Source: a virus
Reading direction: 5' to 3' (one strand)
DNA: 64,000 nucleotides
Virus record (IMG/VR): IMGVR_UViG_3300032286_000547
Coordinates: 32,001-96,000 of that record
In this document: positions 36,772 to 45,095 of the stretch, one piece after another
Layout: every line of letters starts with the position of its first letter
How positions within the stretch are numbered: position 1 is the first letter of the stretch
The notes under the pieces: model-generated
What the model was told of the DNA's origin: nothing
Database searches by the model: none
The model's input: only the letters and a program-made list of their open reading frames with translations
Made by a program: the position numbers and the translations under genes

Positions 36772-37055
36772 ATATGAACAATGTCAAATATAGAAACTAA
36801 CATCACCTCTTCATTCTCTGATAAAGGAATGATTAGAGTTTTATCTCTTAATGCTGTAGGATCTACTAACACTTCAACCCCTACCTTCAAGTCTGGATCT
36901 GTAATAGCTGTTCCTACACTGTGCACTTTTAGTCTACTCATTTTCTTAAGTAGTTCTTTCTGTAACGCTTCTTTTGTATTCTCATCTACAATAAGCTTAC
37001 TCTCTTCTTTCTTTGGCATCTCTAAGTAGATGCGGTTTCCTAATAATTTTGCCAT
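36765..37055 (-). CDS. GroES/Cpn10-like co-chaperonin
   Basis: KLLGNRIYL...V.SVG......LKVG.EVL......MLV...DI pattern; 96 aa. Confidence 0.6.
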   Translation of the reverse strand: MAKLLGNRIYLEMPKKEESKLIVDENTKEALQKELLKKMSRLKVHSVGTAITDPDLKVGVEVLVDPTALRDKTLIIPLSENEEVMLVSIFDIVHIW

Positions 37056-37058
37056 TTT

Positions 37059-37337
37059 TTATCCTTTGTATTCAGTTAGTTTAATAAATTTTAGTGCGTC
37101 ATCAGCATTTAATTCGATTTCTGATTGTACAGTCTCACGAACTTTTTTGAATCCTTTCATCTTATTAGTCTTAAGATCAATGTCTGGTTGTTCTGTAACT
37201 CTTTCATTGAAATCATCTAAGATGATAATAAGTCCACCTGCATCATTAGCTAATGTTCTAATGATTTTGTTAATGTTTAAAGAAGCTAAATACTCCTTGT
37301 CGCCAATCTTGGCTGTGTAAAAAAATTGGTTTTTCAT
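37059..37337 (-). CDS. Hypothetical protein
   Basis: 92-aa ORF in the operon. Confidence 0.55.
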   Translation of the reverse strand: MKNQFFYTAKIGDKEYLASLNINKIIRTLANDAGGLIIILDDFNERVTEQPDIDLKTNKMKGFKKVRETVQSEIELNADDALKFIKLTEYKG

Positions 37338-37349
37338 GTTTATTGTTTT

Positions 37350-37997
37350 TTAATTATACTCGTTATCTAATATTTTACCTACAAGATCACTTCTGTGATT
37401 AGCTTTAAGTTTGATCCATTCTATGCCTTCAATCTTCTTAGAGATGTCTATTGCATATGATAGACCTGTGTATGATTCCTTGATGTCTTTCTGTTCATTA
37501 TCACCGTTGATGATGATTTTTCCAGTTTTACCAAGTCTAGTTAATATGGCTAGCATTTCTCCTTTTGACAGGTTTTGTGCCTCTTCCACCACCAGAACAT
37601 CATCAATGGTCTTACCACGTATAAACTGCACAGGATAAGCGACCACTTTTTTATTCTTAACCAGTTCTTGAATCTTGACTCTGTCATAACACTTCTCTAA
37701 ATTTTCTTGAAAGGCTTCTAAATAAGGATTAAATTTATCTTCAAGATCACCTGGTAAGAATCCTAATGATCCACCCACTTCGATTGTAGCTCTTGTAACA
37801 TAGATATGATTACATTGCTTCTTCATTAAAAAATCTAATGCTGCTTGGGCACACACTAGTGACTTTCCACTTCCAGCTCTACCTGTTACAATAACTATTT
37901 GGTTATCAATAATTAGTTGTTTAGCAAGCTTCTGTTCTTCGTTAAGAGTGACATTATATTTAATATCATTCTTTCTTTCCCTATTAGGTTCTCTCAT
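37350..37997 (-). CDS. phoH: PhoH-family ATPase
   Basis: GRAGSGKS, LGFLPG, RGKT, EEAQN, TRLG..GKIIINGD and HRS motifs. Confidence 0.9.
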   Translation of the reverse strand: MREPNRERKNDIKYNVTLNEEQKLAKQLIIDNQIVIVTGRAGSGKSLVCAQAALDFLMKKQCNHIYVTRATIEVGGSLGFLPGDLEDKFNPYLEAFQENLEKCYDRVKIQELVKNKKVVAYPVQFIRGKTIDDVLVVEEAQNLSKGEMLAILTRLGKTGKIIINGDNEQKDIKESYTGLSYAIDISKKIEGIEWIKLKANHRSDLVGKILDNEYN

Positions 37998-38379
37998 ATT
38001 TGGTTAATAAATGATTACGTCTTTTGTTAACCTCCTCATATCTATACATGTCGTTCTCAACATTAGAATGCTCCTCAAGTGTCAAAAGTATAATATTTTC
38101 TTCATCTAGACAAGCTTCTTGGTATTTTTCTTTAGGTAGAATATGATGGAAGTATGTAGACATAGGTTCTTTACCTAAATATGTTCCACTAATCTCTGAT
38201 TTGTGTGGCTTCTTTTTCCATATATCAAGAAACATTTCTCTCATTTGATGGGAAGTTCCATCACTAACCTTCTTTTTGGCAGTTAGTGATGGTTTTGTCC
38301 CACTTGATAATCCTTTTCTTGGTTTATGCTGAAAGCAATAATCACCATCAGAGTTTTTTCCGCATGTCTTGCAAGCCAT
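37984..38379 (-). CDS. HNH-like endonuclease
   Basis: SEISG.....FHHILPK......ENIILLT..EH, plus an N-terminal Cys cluster. Confidence 0.55.
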   Translation of the reverse strand: MACKTCGKNSDGDYCFQHKPRKGLSSGTKPSLTAKKKVSDGTSHQMREMFLDIWKKKPHKSEISGTYLGKEPMSTYFHHILPKEKYQEACLDEENIILLTLEEHSNVENDMYRYEEVNKRRNHLLTKYERT

Positions 38380-38530
38380 CTAATATCTTTTTTTGTAATT
38401 TAGTAAACTCAGGATCTTCTTTTGTGCAATGACACAGTCTCACTGTAGCTGATGTGCCAGAGCTGTAAGGAGCAAACTTGTACCCCTTACATTTCTGACA
38501 TAGCTCATTTATAGATAGACTACTTACCAT
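38348..38530 (-). CDS. Small Cys-containing hypothetical protein
   Basis: CxxC...CxC; the ORF fills the gap between genes. Confidence 0.4.
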   Translation of the reverse strand: MVSSLSINELCQKCKGYKFAPYSSGTSATVRLCHCTKEDPEFTKLQKKILDGLQDMRKKL

Positions 38531-39239
38531 CTTTCACAAATTGACCATCAACCATCTTACCTGTACGTTGAGAGATTATATTGTATGCACTATCTAAACA
38601 TTCTGTAAGCTTCAGTCCTTGCATCTCTGCTTGGATGATGATTGTAACTAAGATGTCACCTAATGCATCAATCACTTCTTCTCTATTGTCATTCTCAATA
38701 GCTGTGATTAACTCATCTGTTTCTTCCCAGGTCTTCATTGCCTGAGCTCTTGGTGTTCCATTCTCTAGAATACCTTTCTGTGCAGCCCATGCTATAACAA
38801 GGGCCTCTAATTCACGATAACTTCTCATGTTATTCTTTTTTATAATTAATTTAAAACCTTTATCCGTAGGTTTGAAGTCTTCTATTATAGATCCTTTGAA
38901 TCCAAAACTCTCCATAGACATACCTCTAGATAAATATGGTCCACCACTAGGGTCAACCATATCTATTTCATTTCTTAGACAACTAACCATCTTAATGTAC
39001 TTAGGATAGTCATAAGTGAGAGTCTCGTCATCATAATGATGTACAACATCTTTGAATTGAGCTAATGTCATTAATGATTGCTTACCCTCATTGTCTTTCA
39101 AATATGCATTATATGCATTTTGGTAGTCATTAGGCATACCTATCCTGCAGAATTCAAAGTTACCTTCCCATAGAATATTATGATCATCATCTTCAGTGAA
39201 TGTAAATACATCACCATATCTATTTTTGTATTCTCTCAT
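38520..39239 (-). CDS. MazG-like NTP pyrophosphohydrolase (C-terminal) fused to an unrelated N-terminal domain
   Basis: The C-terminal half has WA..KGI...Q..K..EE..EL...DALGD..V...CL..AY..I..R.GKMVDG.FVK. There is an internal ATG at 38828. Confidence 0.75.
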   Translation of the reverse strand: MREYKNRYGDVFTFTEDDDHNILWEGNFEFCRIGMPNDYQNAYNAYLKDNEGKQSLMTLAQFKDVVHHYDDETLTYDYPKYIKMVSCLRNEIDMVDPSGGPYLSRGMSMESFGFKGSIIEDFKPTDKGFKLIIKKNNMRSYRELEALVIAWAAQKGILENGTPRAQAMKTWEETDELITAIENDNREEVIDALGDILVTIIIQAEMQGLKLTECLDSAYNIISQRTGKMVDGQFVKDGK

Positions 39240-39426
39240 TGTTCTCTAGTTCTATTATACATCGTTTTAAATAATTGGCCATATCTAAACACTCTTCGTA
39301 TGAATGCTGTAACCAATCTTTGAGCTCCAAATCAGTTCTCTCAAGTGTAGTATTATACTTTTTAATACCCACTTGAGATCTCTGCAATAGATCAGCTCTT
39401 ACTGCTTCAACTATTTTATCTTCCAT
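39220..39426 (-). CDS. Small conserved phage protein (MazG-fold-like)
   Basis: RS.VG.KKY.TTL.R.DL...WL.H..EE.LD.ANY. Confidence 0.55.
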   Translation of the reverse strand: MEDKIVEAVRADLLQRSQVGIKKYNTTLERTDLELKDWLQHSYEECLDMANYLKRCIIELENNERIQK

Positions 39427-40496
39427 TACATATCAAATAAGTCAGCTGGTGGAGGAGTAACTACTTCTTCTTCTTCCACTTCTATTTCCTCTACAGGAAG
39501 ATCAGCTTCATTAATCTTAGCTATAATCTTCTCTCTTAGTTCATCATAGAACTCTGGGTTATCTACAACCAACTGTTTGAATTCTTCTAAGTCATACTTA
39601 GTTCCATCAACAGTCATTGTCTTACCATACTTTCTACCTATCTCAAACTCATTAAGAAGACTCATCATTTCATCAAGAACATCTATTCCTTTACCATATA
39701 CAATCTCAAACTCTGATTTTCTATATGGAGGAGACATCTTGTTCTTGATAGCTTTTAGTTTAGTGATATTACCATAGTTTACATCACCATCTTTTGCTAA
39801 AGTTCTAGACACTTCTATACGAACATCTGCATAGAATTTCAATGCATGACCACCCTGAGTTGTTGTTGGGTTACCAAACATAACACCAATCTTCTCACGA
39901 TACTGAGAGATAACAATCACACATGTATTATGTTGTGATAGAGCTCCCTTAAGTTTTGGATACGCATTACTGTTCAATAAAGCTTTTCTACCTATAGTAG
40001 AATCACCTACATCACCATCTAACATCTTCTTAGGAATCAATGAGCTATCTGAATCGATGATAACTAGATCAATCTTTCCAGTGTTAATCATATCCATAGC
40101 AATGTTGAAACCTTCCTCACCACATGATGGTTGAGCAATCAACATCTTAGTTGTGTCCACTCCTAGTTTCTTGAAGTAGTTCTTATCAACAGCATGCTCA
40201 CCATCGATATACAATACAGTTCCACCTTTCTTTTGACATTCTGCTGCAGCATGTCCACAGATTGTAGATTTACCTGTACCTTCCCATCCCATAAGCTCAT
40301 ATAGCTTACCTTTTACAAATCCTCCTACACCTAGAGTGATGTGATCAAAACCAATACTACCTGTACTGATTACATCATAGTCTCCTCCTGTTTTAGAGTC
40401 TAACGCTAATACTGAACCAACACCATACTTTTTGTTTAGGTTGTCGATTACCTCTTGAAACTTATCATCAGTTTCTTTTACTGCTTTCTTTGCCAT
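39426..40496 (-). CDS. recA: RecA/UvsX-like recombinase
   Basis: ISTGS...D..LG.GG, G.EGTGKST, D.EHA.D, Q.REKIGVMFG.P.TT.GG.ALKFYA and KNK..PPY motifs. Confidence 0.93.
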   Translation of the reverse strand: MAKKAVKETDDKFQEVIDNLNKKYGVGSVLALDSKTGGDYDVISTGSIGFDHITLGVGGFVKGKLYELMGWEGTGKSTICGHAAAECQKKGGTVLYIDGEHAVDKNYFKKLGVDTTKMLIAQPSCGEEGFNIAMDMINTGKIDLVIIDSDSSLIPKKMLDGDVGDSTIGRKALLNSNAYPKLKGALSQHNTCVIVISQYREKIGVMFGNPTTTQGGHALKFYADVRIEVSRTLAKDGDVNYGNITKLKAIKNKMSPPYRKSEFEIVYGKGIDVLDEMMSLLNEFEIGRKYGKTMTVDGTKYDLEEFKQLVVDNPEFYDELREKIIAKINEADLPVEEIEVEEEEVVTPPPADLFDM

Positions 40497-40634
40497 TATT
40501 TAATTGATTTTTAATTGTTTAAAGTTAGTGATTTTTCTGCTTTTCTGCAAGTGAAATGTCAGGTTTTTTCCATCATTTACCTGACTTTTTGTGGTAAGAA
40601 ATTCTTACATACCACTTAGAGTTTCTATTTAAGA

Positions 40635-40667
40635 TTTGTAACAAATCTATTCTAAATTTGTTACAAA
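40635..40667. promoter_or_regulatory. Palindrome with 12-bp arms and 9-bp spacer containing TAnnTTTG on both strands
   Basis: tttgtaacaaat-ctattctaa-atttgttacaaa; related to the palindrome at 45047-45083. Confidence 0.55.
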
Positions 40668-40737
40668 ATACGTTGAGGATAAAAAAGCCCTAGATTTCTC
40701 CAGGGCCTTCCCAACAATTAAAAAACAGAACAGAAAT

Positions 40738-40920
40738 TTAATTAGTATCACTCTGTCTTAGAGTGGTATTTCCTTTTATACGTTCATCGTATGGACAATG
40801 TCTACACTGTCCTCCGCAACATGGGCCTCTTTTTTCCAGGTATTCCTTCGTGAAGTGCACTCTCCCTTCTTCCAGGTAGTAGTCTATTCCCTCTGTAAAC
40901 TTTCTTTTTTCTTTGTCCAT
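40738..40920 (-). CDS. DUF5522-like small Cys protein
   Basis: DYY.E.G...FT..YL.KRG.CCG..CRHCPY. Confidence 0.75.
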   Translation of the reverse strand: MDKEKRKFTEGIDYYLEEGRVHFTKEYLEKRGPCCGGQCRHCPYDERIKGNTTLRQSDTN

Positions 40921-41098
40921 GTTCTTTATTCATTTTTGAGGGTATCTCAATTTCACCCTCGTTAAATAACTTTTCTACAGATGCTATGTCTAAGTTAAAA
41001 CTATCTGATATAAAATCTGCAGATAGCTGTGGAAACCTTTCTTTGCATTCATATATCAAAAGCTTAGTTTTTAGTGACAGCTTTTTTATATAGGGCAT
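40802..41098 (-). CDS. Hypothetical protein
   Basis: ORF whose C-terminus overlaps the DUF5522 gene. Confidence 0.4.
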   Translation of the reverse strand: MPYIKKLSLKTKLLIYECKERFPQLSADFISDSFNLDIASVEKLFNEGEIEIPSKMNKEHGQRKKKVYRGNRLLPGRRESALHEGIPGKKRPMLRRTV

Positions 41099-41324
41099 TT
41101 TTAGTTTGTTTTAATAGTTGCGACTCATCTGCAAACACATATCTGTATTTTGTATCCTTGTATTCATCCATTATATATGGATTCTCTAATTTCCTAAAGA
41201 AGTTCTTAACATCATTGGTTTCCACAGCAACAATGAAATGAGCATCATTATATCCACATACACGTCCTTGATACTTTGGATACACTACTAGCATATTCTT
41301 AAACTGTTGAAATAGCTTTTCCAT
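41064..41324 (-). CDS. Hypothetical protein
   Basis: 86-aa ORF in a co-oriented string. Confidence 0.5.
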   Translation of the reverse strand: MEKLFQQFKNMLVVYPKYQGRVCGYNDAHFIVAVETNDVKNFFRKLENPYIMDEYKDTKYRYVFADESQLLKQTKNALYKKAVTKN

Positions 41325-41634
41325 CTTTATCTAGGTTTAAAGTTCTTAATCTATTCTCTAGTTCATATTCCACCTTCAGAATGAAATTAATCTTCTCTTC
41401 AAGTTCTTGTTCTAGAATTCTTCCTGCAAATGGCATAAGTTCTTGAAGATTTGTAATCACCTTTGCTAACCCATGTCGTGTAGTGATTTCTTCATACTTA
41501 AATCCAGGGATCCAAGTAATATCATTAAACACTTGATCTACATAAGCTAACACAGATGGTATCTCTAAAAGCATACCAGATTCACCATACAGATAATCTT
41601 TATACTTATCATTGAATTCTTTACTTGTTCTCAT
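41299..41634 (-). CDS. Hypothetical protein
   Basis: 111-aa ORF. Confidence 0.55.
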   Translation of the reverse strand: MRTSKEFNDKYKDYLYGESGMLLEIPSVLAYVDQVFNDITWIPGFKYEEITTRHGLAKVITNLQELMPFAGRILEQELEEKINFILKVEYELENRLRTLNLDKDGKAISTV

Positions 41635-41705
41635 TTCTTTTTCTTTTTATATTGTTAAATAAGTTTCTAATCTTCCGACCAAGTTCTTGATCATTTGGTG
41701 TGGAT

Positions 41706-42113
41706 TCAATTATCCTCACTATCTGCAGTAACATCGCTATCATCTGACACAGGTTTAAGTTTGTTCTCTAATATGTCAAATGCAACATCTATAGAAGATA
41801 GCTCTGCTTCTTTTCTTGTTTTATAAAAAGATTGGTCATCTGCTTCTTCTACAGCCCAAGTGAATCCAAAGTTATCATGATATTTGATTATTATAATAAC
41901 ATCGTTTGCATCAAACACATCAAAGAGCATCCTTGGATTTGCATCAATCATTATTCCTAATTTATCATTTTCTATTCCTTGTTCACGCATGAAATTTTTG
42001 AAGTCATCTGGTACACTTTCGTCTTTCAATGATTCAATCATTTGCTCAAGAAACCAAGCTTTAACCACTGCAGTTGCATGTGGGTAATTTTCTAAAAGTT
42101 GTAATCCTGTCAT
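41706..42113 (-). CDS. Hypothetical protein
   Basis: 135-aa ORF. Confidence 0.6.
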   Translation of the reverse strand: MTGLQLLENYPHATAVVKAWFLEQMIESLKDESVPDDFKNFMREQGIENDKLGIMIDANPRMLFDVFDANDVIIIIKYHDNFGFTWAVEEADDQSFYKTRKEAELSSIDVAFDILENKLKPVSDDSDVTADSEDN

Positions 42114-42114
42114 A

Positions 42115-42318
42115 TTATTCTGATTTTATATTTTGTTTTAATTCTATTTCTGCATCTTTCCACCAGTCTCTTTCATAATCAAGTTCACTTAATGGATCAA
42201 GGTCTTTGCAAGCATTGTATCTAATATCATACATAAGGCTTGCTAATCTACAAAATTCAGCAGCATTCTTGCTACCTACTTCTTCTATAATAACTTCTAA
42301 GATTTCTCTATTGCACAT
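42115..42318 (-). CDS. Hypothetical protein
   Basis: 67-aa ORF. Confidence 0.5.
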   Translation of the reverse strand: MCNREILEVIIEEVGSKNAAEFCRLASLMYDIRYNACKDLDPLSELDYERDWWKDAEIELKQNIKSE

Positions 42319-42875
42319 AAGTCTTTTATTTTATCAAGTTCTAAAATTTCTTTTTGTTCGTCCCAACCTTCCCACACTTCAAAATCATCTCCAATAATTT
42401 CAACCAAATCAATTCCTAGTTTGTCTTCCCAGAAGCTAACAAGGTCTTCAGCTTTATTGAAAATTCTATATTGTAGTGAGATCTCGTCTTTGTGTAATCC
42501 ATTTCTGGTAATCTTAATCACCTTTGGAAACAGCTTTTGAAACTGAGCAGATGTTTTGGAATATTTACCTTGCTTAATAAGAGTAAAGTCTTTCTTATAC
42601 TTGTCATCAAGTTGATATACCACTACAACAAATCCATCTTCATAATCATAGTCTTCAATCACTGCTTTTGTTCTCTCATATTCATTGTCTAAGAACTCTC
42701 TGAACTTATCCAAGTTCTCAGGCTTAAACAATAAATAGATGCATTCATCATAATGGTCTTCCTTTCTTGCATCTTTTACATATGCATTAATGAAACCATT
42801 TCCTCTAAGAGCGTCTTTAGGTACCTTGAGTGTAGGTACCATAAAGATGCTAGTTATATTCTTTTTAATCTCCAT
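42297..42875 (-). CDS. Hypothetical protein (replication module)
   Basis: 192-aa ORF with a GKYSK motif, following the nuclease gene. Confidence 0.6.
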   Translation of the reverse strand: MEIKKNITSIFMVPTLKVPKDALRGNGFINAYVKDARKEDHYDECIYLLFKPENLDKFREFLDNEYERTKAVIEDYDYEDGFVVVVYQLDDKYKKDFTLIKQGKYSKTSAQFQKLFPKVIKITRNGLHKDEISLQYRIFNKAEDLVSFWEDKLGIDLVEIIGDDFEVWEGWDEQKEILELDKIKDLCAIEKS

Positions 42876-42876
42876 A

Positions 42877-43929
42877 TCATCCTTTGATATTTACTATTCC
42901 ATTAGACAAATAATTCTTGTGGCTTATATTCCATGTGTTGGTAGTGATGCACCAAGTGAGAGCAGCAATAAGATCTTTTACACCAGGATAAGTTCTTCCT
43001 TTGTGTACAAATCCTTCATATGCATCTTCCATATCTTCTAAATCAAGAGTGTATATTAATGGTTGATAGTAATTTGTGCTATCGCACACAATGAATTTTA
43101 GAAACTCCACTCCATATCCATAATAAGGACTATCTTCATTTCTTACAAGATGTAACATTGCATGATAATAAAGATAGGCTTGGATGTATGCTCTTCTGTA
43201 AAGATAATATTCTTCATAGAAATTTTCAACACTCCATGTACATTTAAGATCATATGGCTGGATAATCTTTTCTTTGTGGTCAATCACCACTTTATCAATC
43301 ATAGATTTAAATTGATGTCCATCAATTATATATCCTTCCACTTGCATTTGATCAATCACTTCATATCTAGAACTATTAACTAAGTTTACAATTGGTGCTG
43401 TTGTACTATTGGTCCTAAGCTGTTCTACAATCTTCTCTGCAATAGATATCTCCATAGTGTTCACAACAGTTAGATTATTAGTTCTCACTCTTCTGATTTC
43501 ATTATAATATATCTCTGCATCAGATCCAATAAACTTATTTACTACAGCTTCATATTTGATTTTGAATCCAGAATCTTTATATGCTGCTTCTAATAATTCA
43601 TTCATTGGTGTTCCCACTACACCAAATTCATCTGTAGCATCTCTTGTATGTTTATACAATGCTTCTACAAAATCTAACATAAGTCCTGTAGGTGTAGAAG
43701 CACAAGATGACATATAGAACTTCTCATCAAATAGATGTGGTTCCATAAGTAGGGTTTCAACTATTCTACCCATATTAGCTGCTAAGCTATCTTTGTCTTC
43801 TACCTTCTCTCCAAGGAAGTATTTCTTGTAATACTTCTTTCTATCTGTAGAGAAATCTTTTAAGCTACTGGATGAATCCATAACCACTGCTCTGTATTGA
43901 GCTTCTGTCTTTGTTGTTCCTTTTATCAT
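42877..43929 (-). CDS. PD-(D/E)xK exonuclease (ExoVIII/Cas4-like)
   Basis: SSSSLK, G...E.LL, FKSMIDKV.ID......YDLK and Y.Q..LY motifs. Confidence 0.7.
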   Translation of the reverse strand: MIKGTTKTEAQYRAVVMDSSSSLKDFSTDRKKYYKKYFLGEKVEDKDSLAANMGRIVETLLMEPHLFDEKFYMSSCASTPTGLMLDFVEALYKHTRDATDEFGVVGTPMNELLEAAYKDSGFKIKYEAVVNKFIGSDAEIYYNEIRRVRTNNLTVVNTMEISIAEKIVEQLRTNSTTAPIVNLVNSSRYEVIDQMQVEGYIIDGHQFKSMIDKVVIDHKEKIIQPYDLKCTWSVENFYEEYYLYRRAYIQAYLYYHAMLHLVRNEDSPYYGYGVEFLKFIVCDSTNYYQPLIYTLDLEDMEDAYEGFVHKGRTYPGVKDLIAALTWCITTNTWNISHKNYLSNGIVNIKG

Positions 43930-44156
43930 AATGTCTGTTTAAATGCTTCTATAATTTGTGGATACAATGCTCTCACTTCTCTTGGTACTCTACTGAAGAA
44001 CCATCTAACCTCTAGTTCATACTGATCACCTTTGTCATCTAATCCTTGTGGATGTATTAACCAGAAATAGTGATACTTCCCTTCATGTTCTACATGTCCT
44101 TCATGCCATATTTCATTGAATGAAGGTGTCTTATTTATTGTTATTGCGTTTGTCAT
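43926..44156 (-). CDS. Hypothetical protein
   Basis: 76-aa ORF. Confidence 0.55.
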   Translation of the reverse strand: MTNAITINKTPSFNEIWHEGHVEHEGKYHYFWLIHPQGLDDKGDQYELEVRWFFSRVPREVRALYPQIIEAFKQTL

Positions 44157-44485
44157 AATTCAAGTTTTTTTAAATCTTCATCAATTCTTTCTAAAAATAT
44201 TTCTTCACCATCATCTCCTGATAGTAACCAATCTATTCTATGTATATAAATTTGTGCTATCTTAACCATTGTTGATGCAGACTTAAACTGTTTAATTACT
44301 TCATCAGAATATTTATAATGATTTAGATCTTCAGGGTATTTCTCATACCATTCATCATCATGCCATCTTTCATCTTTAAGTTGTTCTTCAGTTTTAGGCT
44401 GACCATTTTGTTGAATAAGCTTATCTATATCCTCTGCTATATCAGTAAATCTATACTGAATATATTCCCAATGTCCTCCACTCAT
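44153..44485 (-). CDS. Conserved phage hypothetical protein
   Basis: MSGG.W.Y.Q...RIDWLLSGDDGE motif. Confidence 0.6.
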   Translation of the reverse strand: MSGGHWEYIQYRFTDIAEDIDKLIQQNGQPKTEEQLKDERWHDDEWYEKYPEDLNHYKYSDEVIKQFKSASTMVKIAQIYIHRIDWLLSGDDGEEIFLERIDEDLKKLEL

Positions 44486-44493
44486 AATTAATA

Positions 44494-44646
44494 TAATTTA
44501 ATTCTATAGCCCCATCTTGATGCAGCCATAAATTGTTGAAAATAACAGTCTTGCCAATAATATATCATTTGGTCATCCACTTTATCATAAAATGGTGCTC
44601 TTGTAGTTTTGACCATGGTCCATCTACTTATAAGATTCTTTATCAT
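44494..44646 (-). CDS. Small hypothetical protein (50 aa; not in the ORF track)
   Basis: Manual translation gives MIKNLISRWTMVKTTRAPFYDKVDD...; it fills the gap and overlaps the HNH stop. Confidence 0.45.
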
Positions 44647-45032
44647 TTTGTTTTAGTTTTAGATTGTTTCTCTTTTAATGTTTTTGCATCATGACATGTT
44701 GTACATAACACCTGTAGATTATCTTGTTCACAGAATAAACGTTCTACAAATAGAGGTAAGTCTTGTGCTGTGTTTAAACTTCCTGCAGGTATAATGTGAT
44801 CTACATTAATCTGCTTCTCTGGAAACCATCTTTTACACTTCTTACATTGGTATTCATATTTCTGACGTTTACTTGGTCCTTTATATAATCTACGTGCATT
44901 AAGTTTGCATATCGATATGGGCTTCCACCATCTACTCTTTTGTCTCAAAGCACTTCTTATGAAGCTCCAGAAGGCTGCCTCACTCATCGTACCATCACAT
45001 CTTGTCTTTGGGACCAACACTCTCTTTGCCAT
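44643..45032 (-). CDS. HNH endonuclease
   Basis: CxxC...VDHIIP...NLQVLCxxCH..KT. Confidence 0.8.
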   Translation of the reverse strand: MAKRVLVPKTRCDGTMSEAAFWSFIRSALRQKSRWWKPISICKLNARRLYKGPSKRQKYEYQCKKCKRWFPEKQINVDHIIPAGSLNTAQDLPLFVERLFCEQDNLQVLCTTCHDAKTLKEKQSKTKTK

Positions 45033-45046
45033 GTAATTATAATTAA

Positions 45047-45083
45047 GTTATGTCACAAATATATACTAAATTTGTGACATAAC
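45047..45083. promoter_or_regulatory. Palindrome with 14-bp arms and 9-bp spacer containing TAnnTTTG on both strands
   Basis: gttatgtcacaaat-atatactaa-atttgtgacataac. Confidence 0.55.
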
Positions 45084-45095
45084 AATAATTAATTA

